Source: Octopus sinensis
Taxonomy: Eukaryota
NCBI RefSeq assembly: GCF_006345805.1
Contig: NC_042998.1
Span: 88,598,001 to 88,662,000 of the forward strand
Reading direction: 5' to 3'
Length of the DNA stretch: 64,000 nt
The notes under the pieces are model-generated. The model saw only the letters and a list, made by a program, of their open reading frames with translations, was not told the DNA's origin and did no database searches. Of this stretch, positions 1 to 12,200 are shown in pieces. A program made the translations under genes and the position numbers. The first letter of the stretch is position 1; each line of letters starts with the position of its first letter.

Positions 1-2355
1 ACATATCTGGTGACAATGTTGACCTGTTGGAAACATTGCTACAGTGTATCACATGATCAAATGGCAGCTCAACAGGAGATGGAGAAATTAATTGATGCTG
101 ACCTATTGGTAACATTATGCTGATTAGCAAATGCTTGGGGAAGTATATTTAGAAGTTATTTGTTCTTTTGATGCCAACTGAACTATTTCCTATCCACATT
201 TAATCTAGGTTGATTTCAGCCAGAATGAATCAGATGATGTACATCAATAGGAAGTTCTATTGTTTTGCTTTTGTAACGAACCATTTGTCCAACCTTGTGA
301 AAAGGGTCTACAATTACTCGACTCAGCCAAATAAGTTCTCAGATTCAATGAAATGGTTGAAAAGACTTTTAACTTTTTTGCTTCTCTATTTTTTTTTATT
401 GAAATACACTACCATTATTTTAATCAATTTTGAAAATTATAATTAAGTAAAATAAGCTCATATTTGGAACAGAAATTAACATTAAAGTTGGATGAAATGT
501 TTTAATTTATATTACTGCTAAACCTGAAGTTTCTTTCATAGAACTAGGGATCATCTCAGGTGGGATAGTATCAAAAGAGTTATTAAATACTCATCAAACT
601 TTCCAGTTGATGGACAGTAACTTTTCACAGCAGACTTGATTGTTTGCACCTGCGATAAGTAATCCAAATCAATGATTTAGGTTAATCATTACATTGGTAC
701 CTTTTACAATAACTGCATCATTTTGATTCTTCACTTTATTTTGGATTGCTACAAAGATGAATATGCCATCCTGAAATATACTTATGCCATTAACTACTTT
801 CAATAGACTCCATACAACACTGGAAATTGGAGCTGCTATTTTTGAGATTTATCTGAAGTTTATCGATTAAGTGAAGACCATTGCTCACACACCATCTCTT
901 AGAATCCTATTCCAAATTTGTCGGCATGCACACTAAGTCAATTGAGGAGAAAATTATGCTCTTTACATATCAGTGAACTGAGAAAGCCATTTAGGTATAC
1001 TTTATAGTCAGCACACTCTTAATAACTGTCTTTTTTTCACACCCAAACTATTGGTGATGCATAGTTGAAAAATTCATGAAGACATCGAGTTGTAATTCCC
1101 ATAATGTCAAGATTGTGAAATTCATTTCAAGCTCCTTTTTTTTATGTATACTAGAACTGGGTATGTTGAACAAATGTTATTGTTTGCTGCACCTACTAAA
1201 ATATTAGTGTTATAGCACTTTATTGTGGGTAAAAGCATAGTAATATAGTGTACCTTTCAGAATATCTGTACAGATTAACCCAAAGTTGTAAGGGCTATTA
1301 ACCATAGCAAAACTGAAGAGTTGGGTTTTGTAATTTCCATTGTCAAGCAAAGCTATTATAGTATCAAGAATCTCTGGTTTTGAACTGTTATGTAAAGTTA
1401 AATGTCAGTCAATAGGTTTGATGATTAATGGTAACAGTGGAACTGGAATAATGAAAATGTTGTACCAGAGTCCAGTTATATTCGAACTTATTGTCCATTC
1501 AATTTACAATTAACCAGTTGTAATTCATCATTTGTTGCATAATTAATATTCAAAATCACTTCCTCATTATCAAATTGTTTGACCCATACCTTTAACATTG
1601 TGGCCAAACTTCATAGAATACAGTAATCTCTCACTATATCATGGTTCACCTATCGTGCACTCAGTACATCACAGTTCACCTATCCTGCACTTAGTACATT
1701 GTGAATTTTTCTGGCTAATGTATGTAAATTTATATTGTGGGCTTCTACAGCAGATAGGTATTTATATTTTTTTAGATTTTAATTATTTCTGTGGCGGGGT
1801 TTTGGAATGTAACACTCATGATAGTTGAGGGATTACTGTACAATGGTTTTGACCGGAAGAATTTGTTGAATGACCCATGTTTCCACTATTGCAACATTCT
1901 TCCCAAATGCAAGACAAGATAAAGAAGAATGTGTTGAATCACTTCTACTGTAATTTTCAAGTCATTCAGTTATTTGTTGTTTAATAGGTTTTGCTTGTAG
2001 AATAAAATGTATTAGAACTTGGCTGTATTACTGATCCAAGAGCAAATTATCACAGTGACTACACAGTTACAACAAAGCTAAGTCTGTAATGTATGTTTTT
2101 AGGTAAAGTTCTTAGACAATGGGTTTAACTCAGAACTGTTTATGATGCAAAATATGAACTTGTTAAGCCAAAATTTATTGTGTTATGTGGCATCAGTGCA
2201 ACCATCAAGCTGAAAGATAATCTTTATCCTACATCACTTTAAGATTGTTGATCTGAAGGATTTAAACCTAAAGAAAGTTTTATCTCAGACTGGTTTCAAA
2301 TTTTGAAGTTAAAGCAAAAACAAAGAGAACCAGCTAATATCATACTAAGATTTAA

Positions 2356-2565
2356 CCGTTTAATATTTAAACTAGCTGTATCCAGCCAAAATATTCTTTC
2401 TGTTTTATATTCAAACTGGCCAACTCTGGCCTCTCACACCAGCCCTATAGAAACATTCTAAAAATTAAGTTACCTCCTAGCTACAAGATAATGCATGATT
2501 AATTCAAAACAATGTGAATAAAAAAAAAACATTACTTTTGACAGAATAATGTGAGTGCTAAAGGG
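2356..2565. mobile_element. piggyBac-like MITE (copy 1)
   Basis: TTAA|CCGTTT...CTAAAGGG|TTAA. Body homologous to the copies at 3625 and 55761. Confidence 0.75.
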
Positions 2566-2908
2566 TTAATGTAGATGCTATAATCAAAGGTGACTCAGAT
2601 GCAGAACTTAAAAATTGATTAGTGAGGAGATGCAAGGCTAATGATCTTTGGGAAGCCTTCCCAAAGTGGTGAGAGTGATGCAGTCAAAGCCAATCCTGAA
2701 CAAACTGAAGAAAAGATGTGAATCAAAAATGGATTGCTCACATCAGAGTTAACTCCACTAAAGGCACCAAAGGACCAGCTAACGGTTTTACCTTGAGCAA
2801 CAACAGTACTAACTAAACCAATTTCACAAACTGGTTTCAAGTTCCATTTTTTTTTAATTCTCTGTGTTGAAATGCATGATACCTGTATAAAAAGATATAA
2901 AAGATTAC

Positions 2909-3099
2909 CTGTTTGCTGGAAGTATATTGGGCGAGTTTTCCAATATAACACTGATCAGCCATAGGTATTCGTCTATAGACTTCAAGTGGTGCAGTTACTT
3001 CGTTTATTAAACGATGTATCAAGGATGGAGGAGGAGGCTTGCGCACATCAAAACTTTTTCTGTGACGTACTTGGCTGAAGAGTGGTTGAAATATTTTAT
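2909..3099 (-). CDS. Candidate internal coding exon of an unidentified host gene
   Basis: Acceptor attcttttcag|, 63 open codons (KIFQPLFSQVRHRKSFDVRKPPPPSLIHRLINEVTAPLEVYRRIPMADQCYIGKLAQYTSSKQ), donor CAG|gtaatc. No family recognised. Confidence 0.35.
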
Positions 3100-3624
3100 C
3101 TGAAAAGAATATTTATTGACAATGTATCTAATCACAACAGAATTTCTATTAACTAAGCATAACCACAATTTTTATTTGGAAAACAGTCAATCACCCCATT
3201 GAAATGTTATGTAAATGTGCCTTAAGCCTCAAGCAGCTTTTAAGAGATGGTGCCCAGCTTTCAAGGTATTATTTGAAGGAGAGATTATTACCCAGAACAT
3301 AATGCCAGATTTTTCAGATAACATTCCCAGTTAATTTGGTACTAATTCTCAATAGCTACTTGAACTGGGAAATATAGAATTACAAATACAATCCATATGA
3401 AGTGGATCCAGTTGACTCAAAACCTTTGAACCAGTAATTCAAAGACTTATCCATTTATTAATTCAACTGCAAACTAACAGCTAATAACGTTGCAATATCA
3501 GCTCATAAGTCAATGTCTAGTATCTTAACACATGCACCTTACTGTGTCTAGATGTAAATGGGTGACATGGAATAGGCTCAATTTACAACTTCTACAGCTG
3601 AATGATTGATAAATATTCCTTTAA

Positions 3625-3843
3625 TCCTTTGGCCCTTAAACCAGCCATATCCTGCCCAAATATTCTACCAGTTTTATATTCAAACTGGCCAGATCTAGCC
3701 TTTCATATCAATCCTACAATGCCATTCTAAAATAAACAATCATAGCATCGAAATTTTGAAGCTACAAGACAATGCACGATTAACTCAAAACAATGTGAAT
3801 GAATAAGCTTTATATTTGACGAAGTAATATGAATGCTAAAGAG
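3625..3843. mobile_element. piggyBac-like MITE (copy 2)
   Basis: TTAA|TCCTTT...CTAAAGAG|TTAA. Same internal sequence (CCAAATATTCT...CAAACTGGCCAGA...GCTACAAGA-AATGCA-GATTAA). Confidence 0.72.
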
Positions 3844-4747
3844 TTAAACAGCAGAGCTGAAGTGAATTTGTGTTCAAAATCTTCCTGAAGAAACTACAGT
3901 AGATAATAATAAACATGCAGCATTTTTTGTTATTATTTCCTTGGCCCCTTCAACTCCTGATGTTGAAGGGGTACTGCTGTTACTCATAATGTCTAGCATA
4001 TTGAAATCTGGCAGAACCCTTCCAACTTCAGTCTGACAACAGCTAATTTCTTTGAGATAGAGAGAGAGAAAAGAATCAACTCAAGTGCTAGGGTGGTACT
4101 TTATTTAACAACCCCAAAAAGATGGAGATGACCCCCAACAAGATGGGAACTCAAAGTACAAAGAGCTGGAATCGATGCCACAAGACATTTTATTCAATGC
4201 TCTAACAAACCAGCTAATTTCACATGCTATTTTTCACAATCAAAGGCTAACAGACTGTAATAACACTGGCACAAGAGCCATAAATTCTGCATTGAGTAAA
4301 CTAAATTAAGTACATGACTGATACTTACTTCATTGACATTGGGGGAAAGAAAGGCAACATTTATCTAGGCAGAAGTTGAAATCAGAAAACAAAGGACATA
4401 ATTACATTCCCCAAGATAATTTGCCCAACGTACCCCATACTCTGCTACCAAACACCTTATTATAGACCATAATCTTTTCTTTATTTATGAACTATAATAA
4501 TAATGATTTTTGTACACAGACACATGGTCATATGTGGAGATGATGTAGACTATATCGACTCCAGTCTTCATCTTATCGACCCCCAGAAGATTGAAAGCAA
4601 AGTTGACCTGAGGAAGGACTCTGAATGTAAGGAGTTCTAGCTAAGTACCACAAAGAATTTTGTTTGTCACAAGCAAAAAGGAACCATTATCAATCTCTTA
4701 CAATATAATACAATTTGGTTAATCAGTCTTTGTAATATCATTAAAAG

Positions 4748-5130
4748 GGGGCTAATGCAGAATCACACCTCACCTTGAAAATTGCATTTTTCTGAAAAAG
4801 TCTATTCGGATACCTAGATTTTACATGTCGGAGATAACAAATATACAAAAAAAAAAGTTTTTTAATTTTAGACACACCCCACCCCTCCACACACACATCC
4901 AATTTTAGCCTAAATAAACATAGAAAGTGCACTTTACATACCAGCTTTAACAAAATTTCCACATTTCAATATACAACAATACATTTTAAAATGGCGGGGT
5001 TTAAAATTTTGAAAATTTATTTATTTATTTTGCCTATTTATAATCTCAGACATGTAAAACAAGGGAATCAGAATAAACTTTTTGAGAAAAATGCATTTTT
5101 CAAGGTGAGGGGCGAATCTGCATTAGCTAC
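4748..5130. mobile_element. Mutator-like MITE with long TIRs and 9-bp TSD
   Basis: Imperfect inverted repeats of ~100-125 bp (GGGGCTAATGCAGAATCACACCTCACCTTGAAAATTGCATTTTTC... / ...GAAAAATGCATTTTTCAAGGTGAGGGGCGAATCTGCATTAGCTAC). Exact direct repeat CATTAAAAG at 4739-4747 and 5131-5139. Confidence 0.85.
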
Positions 5131-5214
5131 CATTAAAAGCTAAATGAATTCAAACCATGCTCCATAATTCGAATTTTTTGGCACAAGGCCAGCAATTTTG
5201 AGGGGAAGGGGAAG

Positions 5215-5430
5215 TCAGTAACATCGACTTCAGTGTTCAACTGGTACTTATTTTCTCGACTACGAAAGGACGAAAGACAAATTCGACCTCGGCAGAATAT
5301 GAAATCAGGGCGAAAGTAAAGAATACGCACACAGGGTGGGTAGGTTTAGGGTTTGGGATTTTGTTATGCTTGAAAACAGGTGAAGTACATATTCTTTACT
5401 TCCGCCTGAAATCAGAACGTATATAGCCAT
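5215..5430 (-). mobile_element. SINE fragment interrupted by the 98-bp MITE
   Basis: CTGGTACTTATTTT-TCGAC...GAAAG-CAAA-TCGACCTCGGC-GAAT motif shared with the SINE at 31790-31940 and other degraded copies. Confidence 0.65.
5309..5406. mobile_element. 98-bp Mutator-like MITE with 9-bp TSD, nested in a SINE
   Basis: TIRs GGCGAAAGTAAAGAATA / TATTCTTTACTTCCGCC. Exact TSD TGAAATCAG at 5300-5308 and 5407-5415. It splits a SINE segment (...CGACCTCGGCAGAAT|...AGAACGT). Confidence 0.85.
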
Positions 5431-6944
5431 AATAAAGACACGGGCACGGTACCGGTTTAACTATACATATACTTCTCGGACCAATGTTGATCGCTTGATC
5501 TGGTAGAAATAAGTCAAACTACTTGAAATTACACCTAACTGTTTTGCAGTCGTAGTTATAAAAGATGAAGGGCGGTCAGCCTTCATTGCCTATGGTCAGA
5601 TCTGTGAAACCAAAGCTGATCTCGACTAAACAACGTTAACACCAACTACATAGGGAGTTGATAGTTGCACTTTTTGAATTAAACATTTATTGTAATTAAA
5701 CGTTTTAACAACAAAAAGGCATCATATTGATGCATGCACATGTACATACGTATCCATGCACGTACGCACACACTATATATTATAAGGGACAAGAAAATGT
5801 ATAACCATGAATAGGGATAGCTGTTTTGAGTGAATGACAAATGACCTTGTCTATGAACAATGATGTGAATTACTACATTTAACATGCATAATGATGCCAC
5901 TTCACACTTCGAAATCTTTACTCGCTATTTCGAAAATCTTTTACCCGGCAGAATAACGCTAACATATAAAGATTATTCAGTTATTAACACAAATATTTTA
6001 TCACTTACTTCGGACATTACAAAGAGCCGCCATTGTGTTCGTGCAAAACGTGGTTTATGGGAGTTACCTCCCTTTAAAATTCAAGGAAGGTTGATGGTTT
6101 CCTCCCCTGCATTGTGTTCTTTTGATGCGTATCTATTTTTTACGATTATATTTATTAAAATTCTATGCAATGCCATGACCTTCTCTTTGTAGATTTTTAA
6201 AACGATATCTTACATTTTCATGTAATGTTAATCGAAATGCATTCACATGATCCATCAGAGGAGCTTCTACGTATATTCATTCCCTATGATAGTAAAATCT
6301 CTTTAAAAAAAAAGACTTAATCATGCCAATGGCTGGAAACAAGAACAGAATAGATCCACAGAAAAATGTAGATTGATTAATTTTCCAACATTTAATAACT
6401 CTCTCATCCTTCCGGTCCTTCTTTTCAAGAATGTCCTTCCATTGCCACAATTTTCCAGCAATTATCGGCTACGTAAATGTTCAAATGATGGACAACTATG
6501 TCAGTCTCGCCTGTCTGGACGATAAGCGCTGTACAAAATCACGAATTTCAGGTTTTTCTCTTGACTAAACTTTACAGAAAGAAAAAAAAATTACGAACTG
6601 GTTTGATGGTTTGGATCCATATGAACACTGGATGTTCCTAGGAGGGAGAAATAAGATATTATCAATATTTAATAATTAAATAATTCTGTGAAGTCGGTAA
6701 AATATGTTTAACTTAAGGAATATTAAAAAGCTCAAATAAGATCAAATACAAACTGAAAGGGAAAATTAGTCCCCATCATTTTAGTAAATTGTTTTGTTTT
6801 GGGAGTTGTTTTAATTATGGGAGACAACTCCAAATAATTTTATCTATTTTAATGTTACAATTTATTTTGGAATCTATAACACTTCTTACATATGGAAGCA
6901 TAATGTTGTATATTTCAAGGTTTTAGCAAATTTCTTCAAAGTAG

Positions 6945-7325
6945 TTTCATTCATTGGACTGTGGTCATGCTGGGTCACTACTATGAAGAGTCTAATCGAT
7001 CACACTGCCCCACCCCGCTCGTCCGGTACTTGATTTTCTTTTGATTCAGTACTTATCCTACTGGTCTTTTTTTTACTGATTTGCTACGATATGAGAAGGT
7101 AAATAGGCCAACACCGGTTGTCAGTGATAATGGTGGTGGAACAAAAGTAAAGACATACACACACATTATGGGCTTTCATCTACCAAATTCACTCTCAAGG
7201 CATTAGTCTTTCCGAACCTACTGTACAAATCATTTGCTCGTGGTACAACTCCGTGGGACAGAACTCAAAACCATGAATTTGCGAAGCGAACTTCTTAACT
7301 ACACACCTAAGCCTGCGCTTGTGAT
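6945..7325 (-). mobile_element. Same SINE family
   Basis: Reverse-complement match (CAGAACTCAAAACCATG..., CATCTACCAAATTCACTC-CAAGG, GACTGTGGTCATGCTGG). Confidence 0.7.
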
Positions 7326-7578
7326 TATCATTGTCTTTAAACGATTCGTTATTCCATGGTGAAAAGAATTTCCAACATTTCTTCCTGTGCGTAAACACTG
7401 TGTTTTATCCGCCTTAAAGCCCTACAATCCTCTCTCTCTCTCTCTCTCTCTCTGATCGGTCGTGTTATTCTTTGCTCCGCAGTGAAAGATTGTTTTTGTG
7501 CTGAAAAGTTTGAAAATTTGCTGTTTTGGTCGTCGAGGCCACTTCTTTTCTGCTGTTGCAGCAGAGTTTTGCTGTTCT

Positions 7579-7601
7579 TTCCCCCTTGTTTCAAGGGGGA
7601 A
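7579..7601 (+). promoter_or_regulatory. Perfect 10-bp hairpin in the Tx1 5'UTR, 12 nt upstream of the ORF1 ATG
   Basis: TTCCCCCTTG-ttt-CAAGGGGGAA read directly. Function unknown. Confidence 0.55.
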
Positions 7602-7613
7602 GCGACGAAAAAC

Positions 7614-9167
7614 ATGAATTTGCAACCAATCTCCGAGTCGGAGGAAAACGTTGAAAATTTGTTTGGAGGCATGAAGGCGAAAATGTGGGAGGAGGAAGGT
7701 AAAAGTAAAGAGACGTCTCAGGCGCTCGTTACAAAAGCAGACGACAATATGTCAAGCGAAGCTACTACACAACAGGAAAAGTCAAAAATAAATTTTGCGA
7801 GTGCAGCAACTCGCCCCTGTGAAAACATCGTTATTAACAAAGAAGGATTAAAGAAGTACCAAAGTTTATTAAAAAAAGAAGGTGATAATGTGAAGTTGTT
7901 CCCTCCCAGTGAATTAATTTACGCGACGGAGAGAAAAACTGTCATATACAAGACATATAATGTGAAAAATAAGAAAATTGACTTCGTGCCGAGGGAAGCG
8001 ATAGAAAAATGTTTGAGGCCGATATGGCAACAAACTACTTATATAACAAGGGGTAGTCGCTTCGGCACGGTAGAGGTGCGTTTCCCTAGCGAAGAAAAAG
8101 CTAGGGGACATTCAACAAGAACGTTGAAGTCAGACGATGTAGTTCTTCTACCTTTTTATTTAGGGATGAGAACTTCCAGAATAACAGTCACGAACATTCC
8201 GCCCGAAATAGATGTGGACTTTATAATAGCAGCGATTCTCTTATCAAAGAGGAAGAAAATGCCATTCTTCAGTCTAAGAGATATCGCCCCATGACCTGGT
8301 ATGGACAAGACTTAGAGCTTGTGATCCAAGCGAACCCCTCGGACTTGGAAAAACTGCCAAGCTCCCTCACCATTGGAGATAATACCAGCTTGATGGTAAT
8401 AGTCGAGGGAAGAAAACCTAGGTGTTATAAATGTGGCGAGAAAGGCCACATAAGGTCGAGCTGCAAGAAGACAGCCAAAGAAAATACTGCAGAGGCAAGC
8501 ACGACGCCGAAAACAACTTCACCGCTAGAAATAGCAGCCACGTCGCGCGCCCCAATTGCCGAAGTGCAGCCGACAACGGGAGAAAACAACAACAACAACA
8601 TCCAGGAGTGGGTCACCATAGAACCTTCAAAAAGAAGACGGAAACGGAAAAATCCACCCTCTTCGGATACACAGGACTATACTCCGACACAGACAAGCAC
8701 ACCCACACCCACAAATACAATCGCAAACACACACGTAGCCAAAAAAACACACACACTGGAAAAGGCACACACAAACACACACACACCTACCACAAGCACG
8801 CACACACCTACAAACACCCACGCTTCTACAAGCACACACACCCACAAACACCCCCCTCCACAATCGCCTAACAAAAAAAAAAAGAAACACCTTCACGGCG
8901 ATAAATAAAAACAATAACCCATTAAAAGAAAAAATTATTTTAATGAAATCGGTGAAAAAATATATCGTAACAGATATAAATAGTACTATTTCCGAAAATG
9001 TCGAATTTTATACAATAGATAACGCTGATTATTTTGAAATAAAAAAAAACTTTTGCCGAGGATGTAAGTCCGTTACAGATGAACTTTTCAAGCCATCTGT
9101 ACAGGCAATTCGCAAAAAAACTGACCTCGCAAAACACAACATTCACAGACAGAAAAGAGGAGGGTGA
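7614..9167 (+). pseudogene. Tx1 ORF1 (gag-like nucleic-acid-binding protein), frameshifted
   Basis: ATG at 7614 (MNLQPISESE...). Frame 7482..8294 shifts near 8245 into frame 8291..8908, which carries the knuckle CYKCGEKGHIRSSC (8423-8464) and a Thr/His-rich low-complexity tail. A probable further C-terminal segment (8943..9167) follows A-rich runs. Confidence 0.8.
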
Positions 9168-9217
9168 AACTACACCCTCTCTTCCGTTAAAACAGTAAGT
9201 TTTAAACTTTCGACTAA

Positions 9218-12200
9218 TTTTTCACATTCTCGTTTAAACTCGGTTGTATAAATATTCGCGGCCTGGGGTCGTATTGGAAGCAAGGCTACCTCCTGAACGA
9301 CCTTAGGTCGCATCGTTTGGATGTAGTGGTAATTACCGAATCCAGACTGAGTGGGCTGCAGGCCTTTACGCCCCTTCTAAACGGCTACGAGAAATACGTT
9401 TCTCCCTGTCGACCTGGAGGTGGCGGAGGAGTGGCAGTGCTGGTCAAGAAAAACCTGGATTTAGAGATTAGAATTGTCTTTATAGATCCGGAAGGCAGGT
9501 TGGTCGTTTTGGATGTGACGCACAGCAGTGGTAAAGTGTTCAGTGTCTATGCTCCCTGCGAAGGAAAAGCCGGGCAGAAAGAGTATTTCAAAAGCCTAGA
9601 GAATTTTCTTGGCACGTCGAACACGTTAGTATTGGTAGGTGACTTCAACATAATTTGCGATGCAAGCGTAGATTATGTTGGCTCGAGAAAGAATAGGAGG
9701 GGATTACCTCACCTCAACGATATGCTAAGGCGTTTCGAATTGGCAGATAGATCCAGACTGGACCATCCAGACACTCCAGCGTGGACCTGGGTAAGAAACG
9801 ACGGGTCGTCCAGATCTTACATCGATAGAATCATAACTAGAAGAAAAGATAAGAAAATACTTAGCTGTCCACAACACCATATCGTCAGCTACAGCGATCA
9901 CAAATTAGTGACCTGTTCGCTCGACATAGATAGCATGTGTAGACGAGGTACCGGTTACTGGAAGCTAAACAAGTCACTATTGGACTGTGAAGCCTACAGG
10001 AATCGGATCAAACAATTAGTAATGAGGGCGTTAACCGGATCCATTATCAACAACAAATGGTAGTACGCCCTGAAAAGAGCCATCAAATTTGAGTCAATTA
10101 GGTTTAGCAAAGAACTAGCTAGTGCTAGAAACAAAGTAGAAAAGGAACTAGTTAAGGCAATAGAGGAGGCAATGAGGTCAGGCAGTGCATCGAAAGTGTT
10201 AGCGGTGAGGTTAGCACTCGACCAACATCTCAAAGCTAAACATAAAGGGTGCATTGTCAGGGCTAAGATCCGTGCAATGAGACAGGAAGGGATCAACGCA
10301 GCCGGATGGGCCCGGGTGGTAGAGGGCCAGCGTGGCAACAACTCAACCATTCGATCCTTTACGGGCCCAAATGGTCGATTAGTAAACGAACCCGAGGAGA
10401 TGTGCAAGGTGTTTCATGATCATTTCGCCCAGCTATTCGGGAGGAGCGGCGAGCTGGAGCGCGGGGAGAAGCTCGCAGACTTCCTAGCCGGTTCGCCGCG
10501 TCTATCAGGGCCGGACGCGGAACCTTGTGAGGCGCCGATCACAGCCAAAGAAGTCAAGGATATGTTGGCAGAATGCGGCGGGGACAAATCGCCGGGACTC
10601 GATGGTCTACCTTACGAACTCTATAGTAGCATGCTAGACTTGTTTGGGCACCTATTTGCATGCGTGTACACCAACTGGCAGCAGAACGGGAGAATTCCTA
10701 AGTCTGTGAGCCGAGGGGTGGTAGCGCTGCTAAGAAAGGACCCAAACAAGAGGGATTTAATTGATAATTTTCGGCCTATCACTCTGCTTAACGCAGAGTT
10801 GAAGATCTTGGCCAAGGTCTTAGCAAAAAGGTTGGCGCGGGTCGTGGGTGAACTTGTTGGCGAGGCGCAAACTTGCCCATCCCTGGAAGGACCATCCACG
10901 ACAATCTCCACTTTCTACGCTATGCCTTAGAAAGGGTAAATAGGATTCCTGGCAAGGGTGGGGGCTATGGTCCACTTGGACCAATCGAAAGCGTTTGATA
11001 GGGTGGACCATCAGTATCTGACGGCGGTCCTCGCGGCGGCTGGCTTCGGCCCGACCTTCCGCGGATGGATCATCGCTTTATACAGCAACATCGAATCGGT
11101 AGTTCGAGTAAATGGTTTCCTTTCGGAGCCGTTCAGCATTGAACGTTCGGTACGTCAAGGGTGTCCTCGCTCCCCGCTTCTCTACGTTTTGGCTCTCGAG
11201 CCGTTGCTGAAGAGGTTGGAAACTATGAGAGGCACCCCGCAAGATCTAGGGTGCAGAAAGTCAGCTTCGGCGTATGCGGACGACATCACTGTCATCGTTT
11301 CCCGAGTCGAGCACCTACAGTGGGTGGGTGAGGCCTTAAGGGACTACGAAGCGGTGGCAGGAGCGAAAGTCAACCGGGATAAATCGGTCGGCTTGCAACT
11401 CGGCACCTGGAGGGGCAAGTCGATGTCTTCCGACAGCGTCGTAGGACGTTGGACAGAAGGACCGGTGAAAATGCTTGGAATCTGGTTAGGTCCAGATCTC
11501 CAGATAGAGAAGAACTGGAGCGAGGTGGCGAGAAAGGTGGCTCTCCTAACTCAGACATGGTCTGAGCGGAAGCTGTCCTTGAAAGAGAGGGCGGAGGTTG
11601 CAGAAGTGTTTATCGCCTCTGTTATCACTTACCGCTTAACCGTAGTGCCTTGCCCCGATTCGTGCCTGAAGAAACTGGAACGCATGCTCTTTCGCTTTTT
11701 GTGGAGGGGCAGCAGACCTCTTGTAAGGCGCTCTATTTGCTGCCAAAAGCCGCTGAAGGGTGGGTTAGGGATGCCGTGGCTAAAAATGCGCAGACATGCG
11801 CTCAGGCTTAGGCACCTCTGGATTTACCTGGACGGTGAGCAGGTGTGGTCTCCGTTTGTCAAGCTGTTATTTCCACAGTTCATATCGTTTAACGAACTGA
11901 ACCCATGGATCAAGTATAGACCGAGGTTGGGTATGTGGCATGCAGAGTGCTATCAGGCACTCGTGCTTCTCTCCCAGTCGGGCAACGCCGGTGGCGGGGG
12001 TACTACCTCGTTCTTCTATAGAGGGTTAGTAGAGTTTAAGTGTGATGACGTCCTAGGAGAAACTCTGAGCTTCGACGAAAATCAACTGGCCAGTCTGTTC
12101 CAAAGAACATTCGGTCCGGGGCCTATGGATAATTACCAAAAGTCCCTGGACTGGCAATGTTACGGAGGAGCTTTACCGGTTCGAGATAAGCTCTTTAGAC

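Noticed and set aside
6300-6560. Possible exon (...FHCHNFPAIIGYVNVQMMDNYVSLACLDDKRC...)
   Set aside because: In-frame stop upstream, weak donor, and no recognisable family.
8425-8914. Minus-strand Val/Cys-rich ORFs and the alternative plus frame 8431..8871
   Set aside because: Shadows of the CA-rich ORF1 segment.
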